From Octopus sinensis (taxonomy: Eukaryota): a DNA stretch of 64,000 nucleotides. A program made the translations under genes and the position numbers. Under the pieces are notes generated by a model, which was not told the DNA's origin, made no database searches, and was given only the letters and a program-made list of their open reading frames with translations. The DNA is taken from the NCBI RefSeq assembly GCF_006345805.1, contig NC_043003.1, positions 76,012,001-76,076,000 of the forward strand, given 5' to 3'. Of the stretch, positions 1 to 11,422 are shown piece by piece (the first letter of the stretch is position 1; each line of letters opens with the position of its first letter).

Positions 1-860
1 ACGCAACGATCGAAACAATTCATCATTAAATTTAGGTTTCTGTCAAGTTTTCGTATAGCTCTATCTAGTATGCTCCAAAGATTTTCAATTCGGTTAATGA
101 CAGGAGGTTGGCTCAGTCAAGGAAGCTTGTTGATCCCATTTTCAGTCAGTCATTGTTGATTCATTTTCGCTCTGTGGCATGGAGCCCCATCTTCCGTGAA
201 TAAAAACTCATTTTTTATTATGTTATCGGTTGAATACATCGGAAGTAGTTCTTGCTTAAGTATTTCGATGTATTTTTCAGAGTTTATGGTTCTAACACAT
301 TCGATCAGCTCAGAGCGACCATTGCTGGTGACAGCTCTCCATGCCATTACAGAGATACCGCCATATTTGACAGATGGTTGGAGTCGTTTCAAATCAAATT
401 CTTGATTGGAAAGCCTCCAGACCCAAACACGTCCACTGCCTGAAAATGATGCAAACCTGGATTCATCTGAGAAAATCACTCTATCCCAAAATAAACTGGA
501 TTTTTCTGGCATCTCCTTAGCCCATTTCTTTCTTTTTATGATATTAACTGATTGAAGGAGTGGTTTTCTTCTAGCTGCTCGTCCATAATACCCAAGCTTA
601 TGCAGATATGTAACACACATTCTTGGACTATTTTCTAGCTGTCTTGCAATGTCAGAAGCCTTCGAACGGAGTTCGTTTTGCACAATTCTCTTCAAACAGC
701 GACGCTTCTTTTCCGAGGGACCAGGCCGGCCGGGACGAGAATCTGTTGATTCTTTTCCTTGGTTTTCGAATTGCACTATAATTGTATTAACAGTATAAAG
801 AGGAATTTGAAGATTTTCGACAATTTTTCGCTGGTTAAGACCAGCCTCAGCTGGTATATA
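1..860 (-). mobile_element. Tc1-family (DD34E-type) transposase relic, C-terminus running off the window start
   Basis: ORF 150..926 contains HTH-like GLNQRKIVENLQIPLYTV, HKLGYYGRAARRKPLL, VIFSDESRF, VKYGGISVMAW and EDGAPCHRAK. Reading through two TGA stops gives LP*LSQPPVINRIENLWSIL, the WPxQSPDLNPIENLW motif with the catalytic E. Confidence 0.9.
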
Positions 861-950
861 CACATATATATGCTCTGGGCGGCATTGAGGCGACTGTACA
901 CAGCTACCGGCCCACAGTCGACGCATGACGTTTGTGTCACTGCAACAGAA

Positions 951-1030
951 GGCTCGGCTCGGCCCGGTTCAGCTCGTCTCGGCTCGGCTCGGCTCGGCTT
1001 GGCCTGGCTTGGCAAGAAAGAAAGAAAGAA
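951..1030 (+). repeat. GC-rich (GGCTC)n pentamer array followed by an (AAAG)n tract
   Basis: About 12 degenerate GGCTC/GGCTT units at 951-1013, then gaaagaaagaaagaa. Confidence 0.85.
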
Positions 1031-1624
1031 ATTATATATAGAGAACTATAGCGCGAAGGCAGCATAAAAGAACAACCCTTCCTCAGTTGTTGGCAGTTTT
1101 ACCTACTCTGCATTGCAACGAGATGCGTCTTCGTCAAAGCAATTGTTCCCCCAAAGCAAATTAAATAAAATTTGAGATACGTGGAACGTCAAAGCTGCTA
1201 ACAAAAACAGGACAGTGAAAAAATTCGGTAAGGGCTGTTTAACCCTAACGCGGTGAACTGGTGAACGCTGGAGAAAGAAAGCTTTGTCAAGAGACATACA
1301 AGAATGCGTCTTATAATTATAAGCTGAACGAGAAGAAAAAGAATTACATTTAGAAATAGTGATCTATAATTATTGAGGACAGAATTTCAGTTAGAAATAG
1401 AGAACTATAAATATTGAATTATACATAAAGTGGTGGCTTACATTCGGAGCTTCCAATTTCTCTGTAAAATATAAGATAATCGCAAAATCATCGCACATCT
1501 TACCATCGATTACAAACACCGGTGGAAGATAAAAGTTCCAGAGGATATTCTTGTTCTTTCGTTCGTACAAGGATCGTATTATGTTTCGGCTTAAAATAAA
1601 TTATAGATACAAATATAATGTATA

Positions 1625-1730
1625 GAAATATATAAAAACCAGAATAGAAAATAAACGTCTTAGGCATATAAAATGAGATAACGAGATATCAATGTGTTTT
1701 AAACTTGAAACCTACTAGAATATCATAGAT
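1625..1730 (+). repeat. Unclassified interspersed repeat fragment, second copy at about 5950-6050
   Basis: tatataaaaaccagaatagaaaata...gtcttag...ttgaaacctactagaat occurs at both positions with roughly 80% similarity by eye. Confidence 0.7.
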
Positions 1731-1890
1731 TATATATGTCAAGTCATGCAATCAGTTCTGTCCAATTTTACCTTTTTTTAGATTTGAATGGAATTTAGTA
1801 GTATTTTCAAAAGTCTAATCCAATTAAAAAAAAAATTTATACATTTGTGTACGTTTAAACTAATTCAATATTGTTTTACAAAATAATTGA

Positions 1891-3212
1891 CGATGTCCAC
1901 AAAGTCTGCGTACATGGGGATTAACACATACTTTTAAAACAAAACAATTTTATTTAATTATAATGTTAATAAATAATATTTTCAAAGTGATTTCCATCAT
2001 TTTCAATGCATAATTTGATGCGCCTTGCAAAACTCAGGTGAACTTGATTAAATAAGTCTACATTGCCATCAATTTCAACACACTGACTGGTAATGCGTTC
2101 TCTGATGTGTTTTAAATCTGTAAGCTTTATTGAGTAAACTTTCTTTTTCAACATACCACAGAAAATGAAATCAAGGGGAGAAAGGTCTGGTAAACGAGGG
2201 GATCATTCCATATGACCCCTTCTTCCAATCCATTGAGGAAAAGTGTCATTAAGCCAATCTCTAACAGTTGTGGCAAAATGGGTAGGGGCCCCATCCTGCT
2301 GAAACCAATTCGGAAGGCCTTCGCCTAGGCGCTCAATTTGAGATATTACTTTGTCTCTCAATATGTTTACATAAGTCTCATTCGTTACATGTTCAATGAA
2401 GAAGGGTCCTAGAACATGAGCTTCCCACAAACCACACCACACCATCACCTTTTTGCTGCTTGCTTTTTGGATGGATCCATCCAATGTGGATTACCTCGAG
2501 ACCAGTATAGAAGATTCTGTCTGTTGACCTCACCATTTACATAAAACGTAGCTTTGTCACTGAACAACACAAAGTTTTTCGTAAAATTGATATTTCCATC
2601 CAATTTATCTGAAAACCATTCGCACGTCTAGATTCCTATATCAGGGTCGTCTTCATTTAAGTGATGCAATATCTGTAGGTTTGTCGATGAAACTTTTCAT
2701 CAACCAGCATTTTGTAGATGGTTGGTTTTGGAACACCTAACACAGTGGATGTCCGAAGAAGTGATATCTTTGGGCTAGCAGAAAATTTAGCCATGACAGC
2801 CTCTTTCGTTTCATCCGAAGTCTTCGTCGCTCGGAACGGGGTTTATCCAAAACACTGCCTGTTTCTTTAAATTTCTTGTTCAATTTCCCGACGGCAGTAA
2901 GATAAATAGGTTGCCTATAAGGGTATCGAAGATTAAATTCTTCCGCAATTTTGCGGTAAGACCATCCTTCTCGTCCACTTAATAATACTAACTCAATTAT
3001 TTCTTCTTTAAACAGAGCCATCATTCGATCTGGGATTGTTTCTTCTTTAGACAGAGCCATCATTCGATCATCTGTAGAAAAAATAAGAAATAAATTTAGA
3101 AAAAGTAAAGTATTTTTTTTATTTAATTTTAAAAAAAGGAAAATTAATATTTCTTATATTTATTTGTTTTTGTTATGATTTTATTCCATGTACCCAGACT
3201 TCGTGGACACCT
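1891..3212 (-). mobile_element. rosa-like (DD41D-type; 40-residue D-D spacing in this copy) Tc1/mariner element with both TIRs, transposase decayed
   Basis: Inverted ends gatgtccacaaagtctgcgtacatgg (1892-1917) and ccatgtacccagacttcgtggacacc (3186-3211). Peptides KFKETGSVLDKPRS, VLFSDKATFYVNGEVNRQNLLYWS, KVMVWCGL and FQQDGAPTH...WIGRRGHME*SPRLPDLSPLDF. Confidence 0.9.
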
Positions 3213-3229
3213 TAAAATTGCTTTGATTA

Positions 3230-4277
3230 AAACCCTTTCAATAAGGAAGTATCCAATGAGCATTTAAGACAAATATAATTCTTTATGAGTACAATAAAGG
3301 TAACTTTGCAGCCGAAGTGACTCGAAACATACACTCAGTTTATGGGAAAGTGCTTGAATGAAAGAACTTGCAAGATATCGTTTGCAAAATTGAAGATGAA
3401 TATCGAATAGGACGTCCAGTTGAGTTTGATGACAAGCTCTTTGAGGCATTACTTGAAGAAAATCCGTCATTATCAGGTGAAGATAAAGCTTAGTTCAATA
3501 AAGCTTAGTTCAAACCATAAAACAGTTCATCGTCATCTTCAACAACGTGGAAAGATTCCTAAACTTGGAAAATAGGTGCCTCTTGTATTGTCCGAAAGCA
3601 ACCGCAAATCCCGAGTTGATATCTGCTCTTCTCTCCTTCTCGCAAACTCATTTCACTCTTTTTCGATAGACTTGTGACAAACAATGGATTTTCTATCGAA
3701 ATGTTAAACGTCGTAAACTGTGGCTTGGTAAAAGGGAAAATGCTCAACCACAACCGAGAAGGGAACTTCATGGGAAAAAGGTTCTTCTCTCTATCTGGTG
3801 CGATTGCAAAGGCGTAATTCACTTTATATTGTTACCACCTAATGCAACAATCAATGCTCAAGTCTACTGTCAGCAATTAGAGTGTTTGAACCAAGCTTTG
3901 AAGGAAAAATGGGCCGCTTTAATGAGTCGAAAACGAGTGATGTTTCATCAGGACAATGCGCAACCCCACACTGCAAAGATCACATCACAGAAGATCGAAG
4001 AGGTCAGTTTGGAAAAATTTCTTCATCCAACTTATTCTCCCGACCTTACTCCTTCAGGATACTATTTGTTTCATAGCTTACAGAATTATTAGGGAGACAC
4101 AAATTTCGCAAGCCAGGGGGAGGTCGAACCTGACATTTCAGAGTTCTTCGCTTTGAAAAGAGTTTTACATTGATGGGATTAAAAAGCTTGTAAATAGATG
4201 GAAGTAAGTCATAGATAATCAGGGAAAGTACACTGAGGATTAACTTTCAATTAAATATAACTTTTGATCACTTGTAT
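3230..4277 (+). mobile_element. mariner (DD34D-type) transposase relic
   Basis: 5' frames give EHLR..ILYEYNKG and GRPVEFDDKLFEALLEENP. ORF 3829..4092 has MFHQDNAQPH and HPTYSPDLTPSGYYLFHSLQN (third D mutated). A TIR-like end aacttttgatcacttgta lies at about 4259-4276. Confidence 0.88.
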
Positions 4278-4321
4278 TCCTTATCCAAAATTTGGACGAC
4301 CTATGTTTGTATCTCCACATA

Positions 4322-5275
4322 GAGATACAAACATACATACAGACACAAACATACATACATACAGACACAAACATACATACAGACAGACACAAACATACAT
4401 ACATACAGACACAAACATACAGACACATACATACAGACACATACATACATACACATACATACATACATACATACATACATACATACATACATACATACAT
4501 ACATACACATACATACATACACATACATACATACACATACATACACTTACATACACATACATGCACATACATACACATACATACACATACATACATACAC
4601 ATAGATACACATACATACATACACATACATACATACATACACATACATACATACAAATACATACACACACATACATACACATACATACATAAACATACAT
4701 AAACATACATACATGTTTGTGTCTGTATGTATGTTTGCGTCTGTATGTATGTATGTATGTATGTTTGTGTCTGTATGTATGTTTGTGACTGTATGTATGT
4801 ATGTTTGTGTCTGTCTGTATGTTTGTGTCTGTATATATGTGAATGTACGTATGTGTATGGGCATGTGTATATGCATGTATGTGTATATATGTGTTTATAT
4901 ATGTATGTATGTATGTATGTGTATGCATGTGTATGTATGCATGTGAATGTGTATATATGTATGTGTATATATGTATGTATATGCATGTATGTGTGTGCAT
5001 GTATGTATGTGTGTATATGTATGTTCATGTATGTATGTGAATGTATGTGTGTATATATATGTGCATGCCTGTATGTGCATGTCTGTACGTGCATGTCTGT
5101 ATGTGTATATATGTATATGTATGTGCGTGTATGTGTTTGTATGTATGTGTTTGTATGTGTGTGTGTGTATGTATGTATGTAAGTGTATGTGTATGTATGT
5201 ATATTTATGTATGTAAGTGTATGTGTATGTATGAATATGTATGTTTCTGTATGAATATATGTGTATGCATGTACG
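4322..5275. repeat. Compound ATAC/ACAT microsatellite that switches strand at about 4712 (quasi-palindromic)
   Basis: Left half is (ACAT/ACAG/ACAC)-rich and right half is (ATGT/GTGT/CTGT)-rich, junction acatgt. It produces the long HT/YVC ORFs in the track. Confidence 0.9.
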
Positions 5276-5480
5276 TACAATCTCACGTACACATATGCAG
5301 CAGCGGTTTAGGCAACGAAAACATGAAATACGAAAACATCGAACACGAACTTGTTCTGCGAAGAAACAAGACAGGCAACATAAGAAGAGCTTTCCAGCTA
5401 TCGGCTGTTTTATCCACTCCGCATTTCGACAAAAGGCGTGTTCGTCTCAAACTGTTTCGGTTTAAATAATTTAGAGATCT

Positions 5481-5682
5481 TTGTTTTACTTCTTTCAGTC
5501 ATGCTGGAGCAACGCTTTTAGTCGAGCAAATCGACCCCAGGACTTATTCTATGTAAGCCTAGTACTATCCGTCTCTTTTGCCGAACCGCTAAGTTCCGGC
5601 GTGTTAAACACGCCGGCATCGGTTGTCAATCGATATTGAGCCGACAGACACTGATACACAGATATACACATACACGCACATT

Positions 5683-5722
<40 letters not shown>

Positions 5723-5906
5723 CATATATATATATATATATGCCCTTATGCACTCATAGTTAAATATATATATACGCATACGACCGGCTTCTTTCAGTAT
5801 CCGTGTACCAAATCCACTCACAAGGCTTTGGTCGGGCCGAGGCTATATTAGAAAACACTTGCCCAATTTGCCATGCAGTAGGACTGAACCCGAAACAATG
5901 AAGCTA
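5481..5906 (-). mobile_element. tRNA-derived SINE family A with CORE-like segment and internal (CA)n(TA)n tract
   Basis: tttcagtc..atgctggagc..gtcgagcaaatcgaccccaggacttattc..gccgaaccgctaag..microsatellite..ctttcagtatccgtgtaccaaatccactcacaaggctttggtcgggccgaggc..acacttgccc..ggactgaaccc. The reverse complement contains a B-box-like GGTTCAGTCC. Confidence 0.85.
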
Positions 5907-6074
5907 CTTATATATATAGAGATATAAATATAAAGTATTAATAGAAAGAGGTATATAAAAACCAGAATAGAAAATACATGTCTTAGACATCAAATATGAG
6001 AAAAGATGAGATATTAAGGTGTTATATTCTTGAAACCTACTAGAATGGAACTTGTATGTATGTATATGTACACC

Positions 6075-6116
<42 letters not shown>

Positions 6117-6449
6117 ATACGAGAATTTCAATAGAGATAAAGCTTCAGTATATAGTACAACTGTTTTTTTCGCCCGCTAAAGATTAATAAATTTGATATC
6201 CGAGAAAAAATTCAGATATTTGTCTTAAAGTATTCAGAAAAGCAAATTCAGAATTCAGATGTAAGACGAGGTATTATTCCATTCAAATATCCACATATTT
6301 ATATTAAGAGTTTGATGATAAGCATATAGAAATATAAACCTGAAATTTATAAAATATATAAAGGCAAATTCAAAGAGGCAATTGAGAGTATTATTCCATA
6401 CCTGCAGCTGTGTCAGAAAAGTTTTCACGGGTTTTTCCAGGTAAAATCC

Positions 6450-8085
6450 AGTAATGCGGCATTACATGGTTGATTTTTTATTACCCACAAGGGGCGAACA
6501 AAGAGGAGACAACACAATCTGATTTGGGGTCAGACTATCGGATGATTTTACATATATGATGAAATTAAAAATTTTAATACAATAAAATCGAAAAAATCGG
6601 ATGATAGGACAGGCCGGAAGATATTACGGATGGAGTGGGGGGCGGTTTAGCTCGGACCCCACGAGCCCCGCCTCGCCACTGATACCTTGGTTTCATCCTG
6701 TCCCACATTTATGTGGTACCATTCATACGCAACATCTGTGCTACATACTTCCATCGTTTTTTTAACACTTTCTCAGTCAGGCATTTTCTCTCCAGCCCTA
6801 TTTTCATTTTCAGGTGGAAGATGAAGTAATTCATCAATCCAGGGCCAGAGATGAAATTGCCTGACTCTATACTTTTCAGCCTCGTCTTCCAAATTACCTC
6901 TCTCGCAATTGCAACTACACTGAGAAAACAATTCTTACCTTCTTTCAAGAGGAAATCCGATGGTTCAATTTTTATAATCGACTCAGTGGACAGCTGTACT
7001 CTTCGTGTGCTTGACAACTGTTGTTCGGCATAAACCCACACCTCTGACACCTCCGGACATTGAACAATAGCGTGCGGGACGGTTTCCATATCTCGCTCGC
7101 ATCTTGGACATATCGGATTGCCTCGGCAACCATGCCTTACGAGTTGGTCCCGAACATGTAGAGCTCCTCTGTAACACTGCTACCCAGAGGCTTCTGAAAG
7201 TTGTCCAAGGTCTTCGGCCTGAATGTACGTCGGAACATACTGACCAGCTGATTATCATCGAGACCTATGGTTTCTCCTAAAGTATCTTCACAGTTCACCT
7301 CTATCAGCCCTCTATAAAAGAATGTGGTGGAACCCCCACCGCAGGAATGGCAGGAGAGCCTTGCGACACCCCGTAAACCATGTGCCCAGTTTCGATCTTC
7401 GATTCAACCAGGTTTCTCAGCCACTGAAACTAGTGAACTTGGGAAACATCAGTTTAGCCAGTGGAGACCACACCCGTTCACTATCAAGGTAGAGCCGCAG
7501 ATGCCTCAACCTCAGCGCATGTCTGCGCATCAACAGCCAATGCATCCCTAGCCCACCCTTTAACGGTTGTTGACAGCAAGTAGAGCGTTTAACAAGCGGT
7601 TTCCAGCCACTCCACAAAAAGTGAAAGAACGGTCTTTCCAGCTTGGTCAACCACGAATCAGGGCAAGGAAGGACGGATAGGCGGTAGGTAATTACCGATG
7701 CGATAAACACATTGGCTACCTCCGCCCTTCCTTTCAGGGATAGCCAACGCCAAGACCAGGTCTTGACTACTACAGCCACCCTGCCAGATACCTCGGCCCA
7801 GTTCTTCTCTATTTGGAGGTCTGGTCCAAACCCCTAGCAACTTAATCGGACCCTCGGTCCAACGTCCCACGACGCTGTCAGGAGGCATCGACTTGCCTCT
7901 CCAGGTGCCGAGCTGCAAGCCGACTGACTTTTCACGATTAACTTTTGCTCCTGCCACCGTCTCGTAAACCTCTATGGCCTTGCCTACCCTCTGTAGGTTA
8001 TCCATTTCGGTTACGAGGATGGTGATGTCATCCGCGTATGCTGACACCGATTTTCCACAACCTGGCTGTCTCGGGATGCCGCTCA
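6450..8085 (-). mobile_element. 5'-truncated Tx1/L1-clade LINE (RT C-terminal half, zf-RVT region, 3' UTR), frameshifted
   Basis: SAYADDITILV (RT YADD), GAKVNREKSVGL, IKLLGVW, LSLKGRAEVANVFIASVITY, FFHFLWSG..KGGLGM and the Cys/His motif before METVPHAIVQCPEV. Confidence 0.92.
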
Positions 8086-8109
8086 ATTTAAATAGATATG
8101 ATTTATACA

Positions 8110-8590
8110 ATATGAATAGTATATGGATGCATGAGGATTTATAGGATTATTGGTATTAAGTGATGTGTTTATGTTAAATTGTGGTTGATATTTACTATTG
8201 AAAGTTATCTCCTTATTTAATCTTTCCTGCTCTGAGGTGTTTGGTGAACATTGATAAAAAGGGACAATTAGAAAGTTTGTTTTAAGTTTCCTAGCACATC
8301 TATGTGCTCACTTACCTGTATCTATCTGTATTGTGGGAAATGGATTTCTTCTTTGTGAATTGTTGTTTTTAGTCTGAAAATATTTGGCCTATATAGTGTT
8401 TGGCCTACATAGTGGTTTCTGCAACCTAAGCAGGTAATAACATTGATTAAGTTTTCAGAGGCACAAGGATTAGTCCCGATACCGTTTGGAAATTGGTGTT
8501 GATTAAAAGTCAGTGAACAGTGAGGAGGAAACCGGTATGACATTCTATATTGACTCATAATAATGACGTTTATACTTCTTAATTCCACCT
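8110..8590 (-). mobile_element. Penelope-like element GIY-YIG endonuclease fragment
   Basis: CASENLINVITCLGCRNHYVGQT (GIY-YIG signature). Downstream frames read VSEHID..IVPFYQC..ERLNKE..KYQPQFN. Confidence 0.8.
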
Positions 8591-8697
8591 CTAATCATTT
8601 ATTTGTATATATATATATATATATCTTTTGTTTGTAGTTAAAAACCATTACATTTACATCTAGTGTGCATTGTCTTTTTTGCTTTATACTTTTCGCG

Positions 8698-8730
<33 letters not shown>

Positions 8731-8732
8731 AA

Positions 8733-9070
8733 GGCACGTTGTCTAGTGGTAAGTCGTGTTGCTTTCACGATCTGGCAATGGCGATTTTGATTCTCGGCCC
8801 GGGTTGTACGTTGCTCTGCAGCGAGAGTGATAAAATAGTCTCCAGAAATACTTTGCGGTATATCTTCCGGCTCTCTACATTCTGAGTCCAAATCTCACCT
8901 GCCGCAGAATGCAGCAGGGATCTAGTTCATTATCCATCCCAAGTCTAATCCTGATGCTCAAAGTATCAGTAATCTACGTAATGAAGGAAGAGGAGTACAC
9001 CAGCTCTCTTACATTGTATATAGAGTGTGGGAGAAAGTTCACATGCACTGGATCTACTCAGACCACCGGT
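8733..9070 (+). mobile_element. Possible third SINE family with tRNA-Glu-like head
   Basis: ggcacgttgtctagtggtaag (A-box-like), gctttcacg (TTC anticodon-loop-like) and gattttgattctcggcccggg (degenerate B-box/T arm), flanked by TA microsatellites. Confidence 0.4.
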
Positions 9071-9084
9071 AGAGTATATATATG

Positions 9085-9125
<41 letters not shown>

Positions 9126-9679
9126 TTTAATGTATGTATGTATATATGTGTATGTATGTGTCTATATCAATACTTATACGGAGTTGTCCTACCACTTACA
9201 TACGCATGCAGATGAACAGATCAATATACTCGTCTATGTAAATATACGTGTACATGTCGATCACTTACTTTCGTACTCCGGTATGCAGTTTCACGGTCCA
9301 CTCTAAGTTCCATACCCAACGTAGGGACGGTTCCAGATATGGTGTAAAATATAAAGCAAATAAGTTGGGGTTCGCTATAGCTGTTTTAAACATGCTTCTT
9401 TATTGATGACCATGTATACAGCTATTGCTGACACCTATCAATGCAATATTGCATATAATTTATGTAACATTCAGCAATTATCATCTCACAATGATGAGTT
9501 GAAACAATTACAGCGGTTTGCAAGAAAGCCTATTGAAATAGCCTTCTCATATTAAAGTTTATTTATTTATTTATTTATGTATATATGTATGTGTATATAT
9601 ATATATGTATGTGTGTGTGTGTGTATAATAAGCAATAATAAATCTTAGAGCGAGTTATAAACAGTAGCTGCAACACATC

Positions 9680-9903
9680 GTGACGTATATTTGTCATTTA
9701 AATATGGCTAACCCCTAAGGGTGGATGCTACTGTAGTTTGTAGCCCCAGGAGGACACCTCCTCCAGCTGGCTTTAGAAAGTGTTCTCAAGCCAGATGGAA
9801 TAGGTGTCAAAGCCAGCTGGAGGAGGTGTCCTCCTGGGGCTACAAGCTACAGTAGCATCCACCCTTAGGGGTTAGCCATATTTAAATGGCAAATATACGT
9901 CAC
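9680..9903. repeat. Near-perfect foldback: 95-bp arms, 34-bp spacer
   Basis: 9680-9774 is the reverse complement of 9809-9903 except at 9694 and 9737. Confidence 0.97.
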
Positions 9904-10304
9904 TATATAAATATATATATGGAGTTGATTTTATACATAACTGTTCCTATACGATCTCTTTGAGGGTGGAATAGTGGTGACTATTAAACGTCCCATATTA
10001 ATCGATATCATTTCTACAAAAGTGTAACAAGGAATTTTTATATCTATTATTAACATACTGGACCAATGTCGTCCGTACGTGAGCTTGAGTACATTAACTA
10101 CACTTGAGTGGATGTTTGTATGTTTGTGTGTGTGTGTGTGTGTGTGTGTTGTCGACACAGTACATATGGGTGTGATTGTGTTGCGCGCATGAGTAACTTC
10201 TATTATGTTGTTCACGTAAATTTTATCTTTCCTCTCAAGATTGTCTTCTAATGATACCCATACCGAGCAACACCGATGGGTAGGTAGGACAAATGACATA
10301 TGTA

Positions 10305-10565
10305 TGATAGATAAAGATAGATAAATAGATAAATTGTTTGATACATAGATGAATAGATACACAAATAAATAAATAAATAGGTAAATACATAGATGAATAG
10401 ATGAACTAGATAGATAGATAGATAGATGGATAGATAGATACATAGGTAGATAGAGAGAGAGCGAGAGAGAGAGAGAGACAGACAAACAGACAGATAGAAA
10501 GACATACAGGTAGAGACATAGTCTGAGAAGAAGAGAGAGAGAGGGAGGGAGAGGGAGAGGAAGAG
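10305..10565 (+). repeat. (AGAT)n/(AG)n compound microsatellite
   Basis: Directly visible gatagata and gagagaga runs. Confidence 0.85.
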
Positions 10566-10999
10566 GTAAACTAGTGGACAGAGTTGGTAAATATTGATCA
10601 TGCAAAGGAACCTAAGGGAGACCATGTAAGGATGATGTGTAATAAATAAATAAATACTAAACGAGATATAATTTGATAAATGTTCGAATATTCCACTGTC
10701 TCGATTGCTCTCAGCAGGGTTATACTTTCCAAAGTATCCTACGGGTTTTGTTTTAAGAATTTGAAACGAATTTAATCAGACAAACTAGTTGTCGCATATC
10801 CCGTTGATTAAATGTTTAATGTTATATATTGGTTATGCATTTCATGAAATCAATGAAATATGTGTAATTTTGTGTGCATATAAGTATAGACTTGTATATA
10901 TGCATGTATATGTGGCCTCTACATGGATATATACGTATACGTGTAGGGCTATATCTATATCTATATACATATGCATGTGTATGAGTACGTATGCATGTA

Positions 11000-11042
<43 letters not shown>

Positions 11043-11179
11043 TATATATGTGCATGTGTGTGAGTACGTATGCATGTATATATGTGTATATATATATATA
11101 TATATATACGTATATATATATATATACATATATATATATGGCTGAATATTTGTGTGTCTGTGTGCGTATTCTTTTCCTC

Positions 11180-11380
11180 TTTTACTCTTTTATTTGTTTC
11201 AGTCACTTGACTGCGGACATGCTGGAGCACTGCCCGTAGTCGAAGAAATCGACCCCAGAACTTATTCTTTTTAAGCCTAGTACTTATTCTATCGGTTTAT
11301 TTTGCCGAGATGCTACGTTAAGGGAACGTAAACACACTAACATCGGTTGTAAAGCAATGGTGAGGGGACAAACACAGAAA
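11180..11380 (-). mobile_element. SINE family A, 3' portion
   Basis: tttcagtcacttgactgcggacatgctggagcac..aatcgaccccagaacttattc..catcggttgt matches the 5481 copy. Confidence 0.8.
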
Positions 11381-11381
11381 C

Positions 11382-11422
<41 letters not shown>

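Noticed and set aside
4240-5469. Long HT/YI/VC-rich ORFs here and throughout the window (up to 350 aa)
   Set aside because: They are translations of ACAT/AT/GT microsatellites, which lack stop codons in some frames.
8733-8803. Functional tRNA-Glu gene
   Set aside because: The acceptor and T stems do not pair properly; it is better explained as a SINE head.
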